NCBI GenBank assembly: GCA_965238055.1 | Contig: OZ250178.1 | Span: 3,209,394-3,273,393, forward strand | From: Candidatus Foliamicus sp. | Lineage (GTDB): Bacteria > Pseudomonadota > Gammaproteobacteria > Steroidobacterales > Foliamicaceae | Length of the DNA stretch: 64,000 nt | Reading direction: 5' to 3' | Shown: one piece after another, positions 22,301-27,843 of the stretch | How positions within the stretch are numbered: the first letter of the stretch is position 1 | Layout: each line of letters starts with the position of its first letter | Notes under the pieces: model-generated | What the model saw: the letters and a program-made list of their open reading frames with translations, nothing else | The model's database searches: none | What the model was told of the DNA's origin: nothing | Position numbers and translations under genes: made by a program

Positions 22301-25300
22301 ATCCACCGGCGTGTAGCTCACATCCACCGTGCCGTTCACACTGGCGCCCATATGACGCGCCGGGAGCATCACGTCCTCGCTGGCGCTGCCCACTGATACC
22401 GTCAGCATCCGCTGCTCCTTCAGCGCCGTGCCGCTCATGCGCCAGCCCACCGACACCGCCGTCCGGCCAGCGTCCTCGTCCAGCGAAGACGGCGATACCG
22501 AAGTCAGAGTCACCGTAGGCGGCGACTCATCCTCCACAATCGTCAGCGTCGTGCCCGTCACCGAAACATCGCCCGCGCTGCCGCTCACCGCAACTGTCCG
22601 GTCGCCCTCATACAGGTTGTCGTTCACCGGCGTATAGGCTACGTCCACCGTGCCGCTGGCGCTCGAATCATTGGCCTCAATGGCCGCCGCTCCCGTAGCG
22701 CCACCGATCGAAACCGTCAGCGTTTCTGCAGAAGCCAGACAGCCGCTCATGCTCCAACCCACCGATACGGTCCGCTGGCCGGCGTCCTCATCCAGCGAAG
22801 GCGGCGAAACCGAGGTCAAAGAAATCACCGGCGCCGGATCGGTGTCCACAATCGTCAGATACGCGCCGGTCACGGGAATGTCACTGCCCGCATCGCCGCT
22901 GACCGAAACCGTCCAGTTGCCGCTATAACAAGCGCGATCCACCGGCGTGTAGCTCACATCCACCGTGCCGTTCACACTGGCGCCCATATGACGCGCCGGG
23001 AGCATCACGTCCTCGCTGGCGCTGCCCACTGATACCGTCAGCATCCGCTGCTCCTTCAGCGCCGTGCCGCTCATGCGCCAGCCCACCGACACCGCCGTCC
23101 GGCCAGCGTCCTCGTCCAGCGAAGACGGCGATACCGAAGTCAGAGTCACCGTAGGCGGCGGCTCATCCTCCACAATCGTCAGCGTCGTGTCCGTCACCGA
23201 AACATCGCCCGCGCTGCCGCTCACCGCAACTGTCCGGTCGCCCTCATACAGGTTGTCGTTCACCGGCGTATAGGCTACGTCCACCGTGCCGCTGGCGCTC
23301 GAATCATTGGCCTCAATGGCCGCCGTTCCCGTAGCGCCACCGATCGAAACCGTCAGCGTTTCTGCAGAAGCCAGACAGCCGCTCATGCTCCAACCCACCG
23401 ATACGGTCCGCTGGCCGGCGTCCTCATCCAGCGAAGGCGGCGAAACCGAAGTCAAAGAAATCACCGGCGCCGGATCGGTGTCCACAATCGTCAGATACGC
23501 GCCGGTCACGGGAATGTCACTCCCCGCATCGCCGCTGACCGAAACCGTCCGGTTGCCGCTGTAACAAGCGCTGTCCACCGGCGTGTAGCTCACATCCACC
23601 GTGCCGTTCACACTGGCGCCCGTATGACGCGCCGGGAGCATCAAGTCCTTGCTGGCGCTGCCCACCGAAACCGTCAGCGTCCGCCGCTCCTTCAGCGCCG
23701 TGCCGCTCATGCGCCAGCCCACCGACACCGCCGTCCGGCCAGCGTCCTCGTCCAGCGAAGACGGCGATACCGAAGTCAGAGTCACCGTAGGCGGCGACTC
23801 ATCCTCCACAATCGTCAGCGTCGTGCCCGTCACCGAAACATCGCCCGCGCTGCCGCTCACCGCAACTGTCCGGTCGCCCTCATACAGGTTGTCGTTCACC
23901 GGCGTATAGGCTACGTCCACCGTGCCGCTGGCGCTCGAATCATTGGCCTCAATGGCCGCCGTTCCCGTAGCGCCACCGATCGAAACCGTCAGCGTTTCTG
24001 CAGAAGCCAGACAGCCGCTCATGCTCCAACCCACCGATACGGTCCGCTGGCCGGCGTCCTCATCCAGCGAAGGCGGCGAAACCGAAGTCAAAGAAATCGC
24101 CGGCGCCGGATCGGTGTCCACAATCGTCAGTGAGGCGCCGGTCACGGGAATGTCACTGCCCGCATCGCCGCTGACCGAAACCGTCCGGTTGCCGCTGTAA
24201 CAAGCGCTGTCCACCGGCGTGTAGCTCACATCCACCGTGCCGTTCACACTGGCGCCCGTATGACGCGCCGGGAGCATCAAGTCCTTGCTGGCGCTGCCCA
24301 CCGAAACCGTCAGCGTCCGCTGCTCCTTCAGCGCCGTGCCGCTCATGCGCCAGCCCACCGACACCGCCGTCCGGCCAGCGTCCTCGTCCAGCGAAGACGG
24401 CGATACCGAAGTCAGAGTCACCGTAGGCGGCGACTCATCCTCCACAATCCTCAGCGTCGTGCCCGTCACCGAAACATCGCCCGCGCTGCCGCTCACCGCA
24501 ACTGTCCGGTCGCCCTCATACAGGTTGTCGTTCACCGGCGTATAGCGAACGTCCACCGTGCCGCTGGCGCTCGAATCATTGGCCGGCAGCGTCGCCGTTC
24601 CCGAAACATCGCCCACCGAAACCGTCAGCGTTCTTGACCACCCCAGCGCCGTACCACTCATCGTCCAGTCTACCCTCACGGTGGTCGCACCCGCGTCCTC
24701 CCTAACTGCGGACGGCAATGCCGATATGGCAACGGTAGGAAGCGGATCATCATCGGTGATAGTGACACAACCACATGCCGGTTCCATACCTCCTGCGTTG
24801 AGCGTGAAATTAACGTTAGAATTGGTACCGCCGATAAAGACCACGAACCCTATGGTCTCGCCGGGATCCGCCACTGAGTCATCAACGCTCGTTATTGTGG
24901 CGCTGGGGAAGTAGTTGCCCCCTGGAACCACAAGATAACCGATAACACTGTTATCAGACCCCAAGACTTGATGCACATCACTATCATTGCTGCTAACGAC
25001 AAAATCCGCGACGCCTGCCGCGGTGCCGTCGCCAATTCCCAAGGTTACCTGTTGATTGCCAATATTCCCAAGAATTTGAACGGCCACATCGGCCGTCCCG
25101 CCCGCTTCCGCTAAAGTGGACGCGGTAACGTGGAGTGTTCCCAAATCTTGACCAAAAGCTGGTACCGGTACCGCCAGCACCGAGGCAAAGACTAGAAACA
25201 GCCCCGCAGTCGCGCAGCGCCCCCGCGCGGCCACGGAGGTGGCGAGGCGTCCCCAAAGCCAAAGAACGCTCTTCTGGCCCATGGCATGTGGCGCCTGCAA

Positions 25301-25453
25301 TGACTGACAATCAGCAGTGAGAGCGGAACCTGTACGGTGCACCGGATGGCGCGCCGCAGTCGCTGTAGGTTGTGCGTTTCGGATGCTGTCATTTTCTTGG
25401 TAGAGATAGCTCATACAAGAATTACCTTGAGCTTTTTGTTGCTCGATGAACAA
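8807..25453 (-). CDS. Giant autotransporter-type adhesin (5,548 codons) with a tandem Calx-beta-like repeat array, Calx-beta domains, two LRR modules, a cadherin-like domain and a C-terminal beta-barrel
   Basis: Single uninterrupted ORF. Signal-like segment MGQKSVLWLWGRLATSVAARGRCATAGLFLVFASVLAVPVPAFGQ; an alternative start at 25282 would remove a 57-aa extension. Canonical Calx-beta segments (TVDYATADGTAKAGEDYTSTSGTLTFTSGQLEQTVLVPITEDSVDEDNESFTLRLSNP). Autotransporter linker GPLPQAWLVRFGRTVASHVAEGVEERL and terminal ...HGILLRAAMRW. Confidence 0.9.
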   Translation of the reverse strand: MFIEQQKAQGNSCMSYLYQENDSIRNAQPTATAARHPVHRTGSALTADCQSLQAPHAMGQKSVLWLWGRLATSVAARGRCATAGLFLVFASVLAVPVPAFGQDLGTLHVTASTLAEAGGTADVAVQILGNIGNQQVTLGIGDGTAAGVADFVVSSNDSDVHQVLGSDNSVIGYLVVPGGNYFPSATITSVDDSVADPGETIGFVVFIGGTNSNVNFTLNAGGMEPACGCVTITDDDPLPTVAISALPSAVREDAGATTVRVDWTMSGTALGWSRTLTVSVGDVSGTATLPANDSSASGTVDVRYTPVNDNLYEGDRTVAVSGSAGDVSVTGTTLRIVEDESPPTVTLTSVSPSSLDEDAGRTAVSVGWRMSGTALKEQRTLTVSVGSASKDLMLPARHTGASVNGTVDVSYTPVDSACYSGNRTVSVSGDAGSDIPVTGASLTIVDTDPAPAISLTSVSPPSLDEDAGQRTVSVGWSMSGCLASAETLTVSIGGATGTAAIEANDSSASGTVDVAYTPVNDNLYEGDRTVAVSGSAGDVSVTGTTLTIVEDESPPTVTLTSVSPSSLDEDAGRTAVSVGWRMSGTALKERRTLTVSVGSASKDLMLPARHTGASVNGTVDVSYTPVDSACYSGNRTVSVSGDAGSDIPVTGAYLTIVDTDPAPVISLTSVSPPSLDEDAGQRTVSVGWSMSGCLASAETLTVSIGGATGTAAIEANDSSASGTVDVAYTPVNDNLYEGDRTVAVSGSAGDVSVTDTTLTIVEDEPPPTVTLTSVSPSSLDEDAGRTAVSVGWRMSGTALKEQRMLTVSVGSASEDVMLPARHMGASVNGTVDVSYTPVDRACYSGNWTVSVSGDAGSDIPVTGAYLTIVDTDPAPVISLTSVSPPSLDEDAGQRTVSVGWSMSGCLASAETLTVSIGGATGAAAIEANDSSASGTVDVAYTPVNDNLYEGDRTVAVSGSAGDVSVTGTTLTIVEDESPPTVTLTSVSPSSLDEDAGRTAVSVGWRMSGTALKEQRMLTVSVGSASEDVMLPARHMGASVNGTVDVSYTPVDRACYSGNWTVSVSGDAGSDIPVTGTYLTIVDTDPAPVISLTSVSPPSLDEDAGQRTVSVGWSMSGCLASAETLTVSIGGATGTAAIEANDSSASGTVDVAYTPVNDNLYEGDRTVAVSGSAGDVSVTGTTLTIVEDESPPTVTLTSVSPSSLDEDAGRTAVSVGWRMSGTALKEERTLTVSVGSASEDVMLPARHTGASVNGTVDVSYTPVDSACYSGNRTVSVSGDAGSDIPVTGAYLTIVDTDPAPAISLTSVSPASLDEDAGQRTVSVGWSMSGCLASAETLTVSIGGATGAAAIEANDSSASGTVDVAYTPVNDNLYEGDRTVAVSGSAGDVSVTDTTLTIVEDEPPPTVTLTSVSPSSLDEDAGRTAVSVGWRMSGTALKEQRMLTVSVGSASEDVMLPARHMGASVNGTVDVSYTPVDSACYSGNWTVSVSGDAGSDIPVTGAYLTIVDTDPAPVISLTSVSPPSLDEDAGQRTVSVGWSMSGCLASAETLTVSIGGATGAAAIEANDSSASGTVDVAYTPVNDNLYEGDRTVAVSGSAGDVSVTDTTLTIVEDEPPPTVTLTSVSPSSLDEDAGRTAVSVGWRMSGTALKEQRMLTVSVGSASEDVMLPARHMGASVNGTVDVSYTPVDSACYSGNWTVSVSGDAGSDIPVTGAYLTIVDTDPAPVISLTSVSPPSLDEDAGQRTVSVGWSMSGCLASAETLTVSIGGATGTAAIEANDSSASGTVDVAYTPVNDNLYEGDRTVAVSGSAGDVSVTDTTLTIVEDEPPPTVTLTSVSPSSLDEDAGRTAVSVGWRMSGTALKEQRMLTVSVGSASEDVMLPARHMGASVNGTVDVSYTPVDSACYSGNWTVSVSGDAGSDIPVTGAYLTIVDTDPAPVISLTSVSPPSLDEDAGQRTVSVGWSMSGCLASAETLTVSIGGATGTAAIEANDSSASGTVDVAYTPVNDNLYEGDRTVAVSGSAGDVSVTGTTLTIVEDEPPPTVTLTSVSPSSLDEDAGRTAVSVGWRMSGTALKEQRMLTVSVGSASEDVMLPARHMGASVNGTVDVSYTPVDRACYSGNWTVSVSGDAGSDIPVTGTYLTIVDTDPAPVISLTSVSPPSLDEDAGQRTVSVGWSMSGCLASAETLTVSIGGATGTAAIEANDSSASGTVDVAYTPVNDNLYEGDRTVAVSGSAGDVSVTGTTLTIVEDEPPPTVTLTSVSPSSLDEDAGRTAVSVGWRMSGTALKEQRMLTVSVGSASEDVMLPARHMGASVNGTVDVSYTPVDRACYSGNWTVSVSGDAGSDIPVTGTYLTIVDTDPAPVISLTSVSPPSLDEDAGQRTVSVGWSMSGCLASAETLTVSIGGATGAAAIEANDSSASGTVDVAYTPVNDNLYEGDRTVAVSGSAGDVSVTGTTLTIVEDESPPTVTLTSVSPSSLDEDAGRTAVSVGWRMSGTALKEQRMLTVSVGSASEDVMLPARHMGASVNGTVDVSYTPVDRACYSGNWTVSVSGDAGSDIPVTGTYLTIVDTDPAPVISLTSVSPPSLDEDAGQRTVSVGWSMSGCLASAETLTVSIGGATGAAAIEANDSSASGTVDVAYTPVNDNLYEGDRTVAVSGSAGDVSVTDTTLTIVEDEPPPTVTLTSVSPSSLDEDAGRTAVSVGWRMSGTALKEERTLTVSVGGTSGTANLPPDLTSVSGTVSLSLTPVDSACYSGDRTLPVSGDAGSDIPVTGAYLTIVDTDPAPAISLTSVSPASLDEDAGQRTVSVGWSMSGCLASAETLTVSIGGATGAAAIEANDSNARGTVDVRYTPANDNLYEGDRTVAVSGSAGDVSVTDTTLRIVEDESPLDPTPPMYWESSVAGSSLRMWYDEDLNSTLPDDEANPLTGAYTVTASRSSPEVSAVSISGRTVTLTLSPAVEYGETVTVSYDASSAGSHPVKDVAGNRAVNFTGEAVTNNTPLPQVTVSFDAADFEAEEGEASVVVKVTLSSDPQRDVPITVQATPQKGATAQGEPGADYSGVPAKVMFAPGVTVQTFSVLAIDDQVDDDGERVDLSLGTLPDGVSAGDHSTASVALIDNDPDPEVTLWVSPALINENGGVSTVTASLDHASSEATEVRVSAAPVLPAVAGDFTQSGALLTIAAGATSSTGTVTITANDNSVDAPDKTVTVSATASNTEGLAGNPDDVSLTIQDDEPSPTVTLALSSASVSENGGVSTVTASLSHASSQDTTLTVSGTAVSPAVAGDFEQSGAALTIVAGSLTSTGTVTLTAVDNDVYAPDKTVTVSATVSNTQGLAGNPADVTLTIEEDDPSITVGLSSATHTVSEAGSSVVVTVRLSAAAGGTETVDYATADGTAKAGEDYTSTSGTLTFTSGQLEQTVLVPITEDSVDEDNESFTLRLSNPVNAMPGATASSTVTIEDNDERGVMVTPVSLSVDEGDTVGDVYEVVLNSQPVATAPGGSAVVTVAVTIEDAQDTEVEVSPVSLTFTANDWYTAQTVKVTASHDDDYVDDAATLTHAVSGGDYDSVTAESVEVTVIDDDVMALTVSFDPAALSVDEGETGEVTLKIVASLLPVEAVGYRVFTQDGTAERLVDYTPVVPGFEEAPRAEFKAEPDGSYLYKRIFELRTLEDTAVEEDETFHFDITRLVDRSGGHFSVQVEGDEDGMEVTIADDDLPPPTSVTLSVNPTTVAEDSGATLLTVTGTLDQAAIQDTQVMVALSDDGTVSAADFEPASVTLTVLARQMSGEAEITLMPVNDKVVEDDETVLVDGTAAGLDVTAAAVTISNDDVPVWSLTASSATIEEAGGEVTLTVSAGDVTFPGIQSFDLEVSGTATLDSDYTLASPVTLAVGDSSVETALVALADTVADPDETVIITASRNGTQIGMPVTVTIEEIAAGVCGRTELVRDAIVAAVPDVQVCANVTATHLAGITELAVHDLDLTTLQAGDFAGLSGLEELLLDGSGLTALPGGIFDGLTELTKLNLADNALAGLTAGVFDQLTRLTELSLADNALSSLPGGIFDRLGALTKLKLQDNGLTILPARVFAELSGLQELYLTSNDLSRLSAGDFSGLTALRQLSLSSNQLTELPAGIFDGLGELRGLFLTSNQLSSLRASDFAGLTQLTRLFLANNALTELPAGFFDGKSVLTTLRLQGNTANPLPLEVTLVKDGPGEFKAVAPVGAPYSLELEVSVSRAGTIEGDATMITIDAGALESTPLGVARVEGETDAVTVNIDRLPVLLAGHEGYVLTRDATLPRTILVSADASLSALSLSAGVLDPVFVSGTTEYAASVGASVSRITVTPQTSHASATVNYFDADDMEIVDADTTVDGHQVDLTAGGNTIAVKVTAVDEVTSQTYTVVVTRQATAAVSIAAVASPVTEGTAAAFTLTREGSAQSELTVFVNVRQEGMVLADSDDEAAPIAVTFAVDESVHALAVDTDDDDIDEALSGFPQLAGRVAATLQAGSGYEAVAGKESATIDVADDDVPAWAVEADPIRIGEVGGVATLTVSTGGVVTFKEAQTITLTLSGTATAGTDYTVHGASPTSTPQSYELTLPIGSASVTATFKAIKDSVTEDKEKIHIAVNRGSEALGTVVVRIVEGICGRTPEVHAAIRTELGISDCADVGATDLDGVEELDLANQGIEAFKPGDFAGLTGLTDLNLNNNTLTAVAGVVELPGDLFAGLDALLVLELKQMGMTRLPAEIFSGLTKLTDLNLRGNHLTGLPANVFAGLAKLRTLNLRDNRLSNLPDEVFADLTALMTLNLRLNSLTGVPDGTFAGLSNLNSLLLNQSGGGTLSLSVTLEKVDANEFKAVLPAGAPFDVILPVSANSAGSIDEGAETLTIGKGEVRSATLAVSRGEGETAAVDVQIGELPPIPGTHAGYRLDKPTDALVVLAAEAVLPTLPTLSVADASIAESAGAPVVFTVTLTGSAQGTVTVDHVTADGTALARNELQPNGDYTKVQDTLTFTDGETEKTISVPVFSDEVNEGAETFTLTLSNPIGARIVGGVATGTIENTGPLPQAWLVRFGRTVASHVAEGVEERLTQSESPPPHATFAGLRIPFGDGTVAGQEPTQRLGYPNYGRQSWDPDPRFGHAPYGRSSPGGLQDAPIGSSRGLRSRDLLLGSSFLIHLGRKDADQDARSWTLWGRGMATRFDSREETLALDGEVATYMFGADTAWEKWLAGVALAHSSGDGSYDSSSAGLSERGELESSLTSVHPYVRFTVSERVSAWGVLGYGRGDLTLHRGETATWNTPTSMQMAAAGVRGVLKPAALTGGFELALRSDVLWASTGSAASENDAGRLAASEGEARRVRLILEGSRTVSIGTRTLTPSMELGLRHDAGDAETGTGVEIGGGLRLTDPTLGLTVEVKARGLIAHQDAEYREWGASAALRLNPGASGRGLMLTLTPTWGAPLSGTQRLWSQRDVQNLTAGRDFAPSEGLNAEIGYALDGPKGLGMQTPYAALSLGDAGSRTLRVGWRLAAGPKGNLNIEAMRRQTARNDAPAEHGILLRAAMRW
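10985..11565 (-). other. Leucine-rich-repeat module 2 of the giant protein
   Basis: Cys-containing cap GICGRTPEVHAAIRTELGISDCADV, then 24-residue repeats such as LTDLNLRGNHLTGLPANVFAGLAK, LRTLNLRDNRLSNLPDEVFADLTA and LMTLNLRLNSLTGVPDGTFAGLSN. Confidence 0.8.
12885..13670 (-). other. Leucine-rich-repeat module 1 of the giant protein
   Basis: Cap GVCGRTELVRDAIVAAVPDVQVCANV, then about 10 repeats of LxxLxLxxNxLxxLPxGxFdxLxx (for example LTELSLADNALSSLPGGIFDRLGA, LTKLKLQDNGLTILPARVFAELSG). Confidence 0.85.
16808..24433 (-). repeat. Tandem array of 12 near-identical 636-bp (212-aa) units, each made of two ~106-aa Calx-beta-like sub-repeats; a half unit precedes it at 24434-24750
   Basis: 636-nt periodicity is visible in the antisense ORF track (17562, 18198, 18834 ... 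24558). Translated units begin (S/P)PPTVTLTSVSPSSLDEDAGRTAVSVGWRMSGTALKE and PAP(V/A)ISLTSVSPPSLDEDAGQRTVSVGWSMSGCLASAETLTVSIGG. Only about 10 variable residues per unit. Confidence 0.95.
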
Positions 25454-25678
25454 GTTGGGGACGAAAATAGTAGGTGGATGAGTTGTTGAAGGTACGCGGA
25501 AGCACTGCTGTTATAGAGGGCCGGTTCTTTCAAAGCAGAACGCACGGTACCATCCGAAACGCGGGAGTCAAGGGCAAGTGCCAGATCGCGCGGGCAAGAA
25601 ACACTCGGCAGCTACTTGATGCTGCTGGAGTATCCGCGGGATACTTAACCGCGCGGTTCGATCGTTCTTGGGCGGGAA

Positions 25679-27670
25679 CTAGAGGTCTGGGTGATCGATG
25701 GTGTGAAGCTGGCCGGCAGCCACGTTGGTCAAGGTGGTGGTCTTTTCCTCTTTGCCCGGCCATTCCACGGTTAGATCGGCCTGCGTGTTGCTGCCGAGGC
25801 CGAACACCTGGGTCAAAGGATTCTGCGACGTAAAGTTGCTGCCGATCATGATTTCGCGCATCTGGTCTTCACCGTTTACCGTAATCGTGATTCGCGCCCC
25901 GGCCGCCGCTGTGTTGGGCTTAAGGCCGTTGAGCTTCACCCGCAAGTGATTGTTCACCGCCGTGTCGTTACGCCAGAATGTGCCCGCGTTGTTCTCGTTT
26001 CGGTGCATCTGGAAGATGTCCACGTCACCGTCGTTGTCAAAGTCGCCGCACACGATACCGTGACCGCGCTCGGTGTCGTAAAGCCCTGCTTCCTGCGCCT
26101 GTTCCGAGAAAGTGCCGTCGCCGTCGGACATGAACAAGCGGCTGACGTCTACATTAAAATTACTCGGTTCAAAGGGAACCACCCAGCCATTAGTGTGGTA
26201 AAGATCAAGGTTGCCATCGTTGTCGAAGTCCGCAAAGCACGAACCCCAGCCCCAACCGCCGTCGTGCACGCCTGCGGCCATTGTTACATCCGAGAACGTG
26301 CCGCCGTCATTGTGATACAGCCGGTTACCTACGGTGAATTTCTGAACGTTGTCCGCGTCGGGGGTGCTCCAGATTGAGCTCACAAACCAGTCCAGATCAC
26401 CATCGCCGTCATAGTCGCCCAGCGCCGAACCCATGCCGTTACGGTCAATAATCACATCCGAATCCGTGGAGTTGCTGAACGTGCCGTCAGTGTTATTGAC
26501 GTAGTACCGGGAGGTACGAAAATCGGCTGCGATGACGATGTCGGGATAGCGATCGTCGGTAATGCGCGCGAAGGTGGGACTGAAGGTGTAGTCATGGTCT
26601 TGGTCTTCGTCCGCGAACGACTCTTGCGGGTCGCCGTCGATAATGCTTGGTGCAATGCCTGCCACAAGGCTTACGTCCACAAAACGAATCACATTGCCCA
26701 CCGTGTCGTTACGCCACAGATTCTCGGTATTGACCTGGGCGCCAACTTCGCGTGGCGTCCCCCAGTGGGCCAGAAACATATCCAGATCACCATCAAGGTC
26801 ATAGTCGCCGAACGCCGTAGAAATTGTGTAGCGGGCATTCATGGTGTCGATGCCCGACCCGGCCGTCGCGTCGCTGAATGTTCCATTACCGTTGTTCTTG
26901 AAGATCATTGCTGGCGCGCCTTCAAGCCCGCCTATGAACAAATCCACGTCACCGTCGCCGTCCATATCCGCAAAACCCGGCCCGCTGTGGCGGTGGTTCT
27001 CGCTGGCTGACTTGGTGTAGGCCAAGCCGGCCTCGGCAGCGACTTCCGTAAAAATGTTGTTGCCCTCATTCCGGTAAAGGAGGTTGGGACCTATGTCGCC
27101 CCGCACAATGAACATGTCAACCAAACCGTCGTTGTCATAGTCGCCGGCGGCTACGCCACCCCCGAACTCGCGGGTGTCCGCATCCTGTTTGAAATCGGGG
27201 TGAACCGGGGTCTCAACGTTACCGCGCATGAAGGTGATGCCGGATTCGACCGTGGCGTTCGCGAACCTTACGATAGGCCCCAAGTCATTGATGGAGATCG
27301 TTACCGTTGCCGTCGTGGAATCATCCCCGTCGTTGGCGGTGATCGTGACCGTCACCGAAGTCTCAGCCTCATAATCCAGCGATATACCTTCCTTGAGTCT
27401 GAGGTTACCGTTACTGACCTCGAACCGGTCATTATCAACAGTTACGGTGACCGTATCACCGTCGGCATCACTGGTCTCAACCGAAGTAATCACAGCCCCG
27501 GCCACGTTCTCATCAACCGAAGCCGTCGAACTTACCGTGATGGTGGGCGCCCTGTTCGACGGTGGCGGTGGCGGATCGCCGGAACCCGACCCCCCGCAAC
27601 TGGCCAGCAGCACACACGCGGCGATCACCACCCCACAGCTCGCCACTCGACTTGTTCTGGCCATTTGCAC
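25679..27670 (-). CDS. CRTAC1-like lipoprotein: cadherin-like domain plus FG-GAP/VCBS repeats plus ASPIC/UnbV-like C-terminus
   Basis: Lipobox VLLASCGG. Cadherin-like NRAPTITVSSTASVDEN...TATVTISINDL. Repeated GDYDNDGxxD / DMDGDGDVDLF / GDYDLDGDLDMF / GDYDGDGDLDWF / DFDNDGNLDLY / GDFDNDGDVDIF motifs. C-terminal NHLRVKLNG...GARITITVNG. Confidence 0.85.
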   Translation of the reverse strand: MQMARTSRVASCGVVIAACVLLASCGGSGSGDPPPPPSNRAPTITVSSTASVDENVAGAVITSVETSDADGDTVTVTVDNDRFEVSNGNLRLKEGISLDYEAETSVTVTITANDGDDSTTATVTISINDLGPIVRFANATVESGITFMRGNVETPVHPDFKQDADTREFGGGVAAGDYDNDGLVDMFIVRGDIGPNLLYRNEGNNIFTEVAAEAGLAYTKSASENHRHSGPGFADMDGDGDVDLFIGGLEGAPAMIFKNNGNGTFSDATAGSGIDTMNARYTISTAFGDYDLDGDLDMFLAHWGTPREVGAQVNTENLWRNDTVGNVIRFVDVSLVAGIAPSIIDGDPQESFADEDQDHDYTFSPTFARITDDRYPDIVIAADFRTSRYYVNNTDGTFSNSTDSDVIIDRNGMGSALGDYDGDGDLDWFVSSIWSTPDADNVQKFTVGNRLYHNDGGTFSDVTMAAGVHDGGWGWGSCFADFDNDGNLDLYHTNGWVVPFEPSNFNVDVSRLFMSDGDGTFSEQAQEAGLYDTERGHGIVCGDFDNDGDVDIFQMHRNENNAGTFWRNDTAVNNHLRVKLNGLKPNTAAAGARITITVNGEDQMREIMIGSNFTSQNPLTQVFGLGSNTQADLTVEWPGKEEKTTTLTNVAAGQLHTIDHPDL

Positions 27671-27843
27671 CCTCCACCCTCGGCCTCAGCGCCGCTGGAT
27701 ACGCTCTTACGGAAATGCCCAACCCTATCACACACTACGACTTGTTATGATCCACGGCAGCGGATGCCGTTGTGCTTTCGCGCAGAGTCCACGCGCGTAA
27801 GGTTAACGTGCCCTGCCTCATGGCCCAAAGCTTGGGATTAATC

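Noticed and set aside
16920-24914. Dozens of plus-strand 69-, 86- and 92-aa ORFs recurring every 636 nt (MPLMRQPTDTAVRPASSSSEDGD..., MPLALESLASMAA...).
   Set aside because: They are antisense read-throughs of the tandem repeat array of the giant minus-strand gene. Their periodicity simply mirrors the repeat. The minus-strand frame is uninterrupted for 16.6 kb with recognisable domains.
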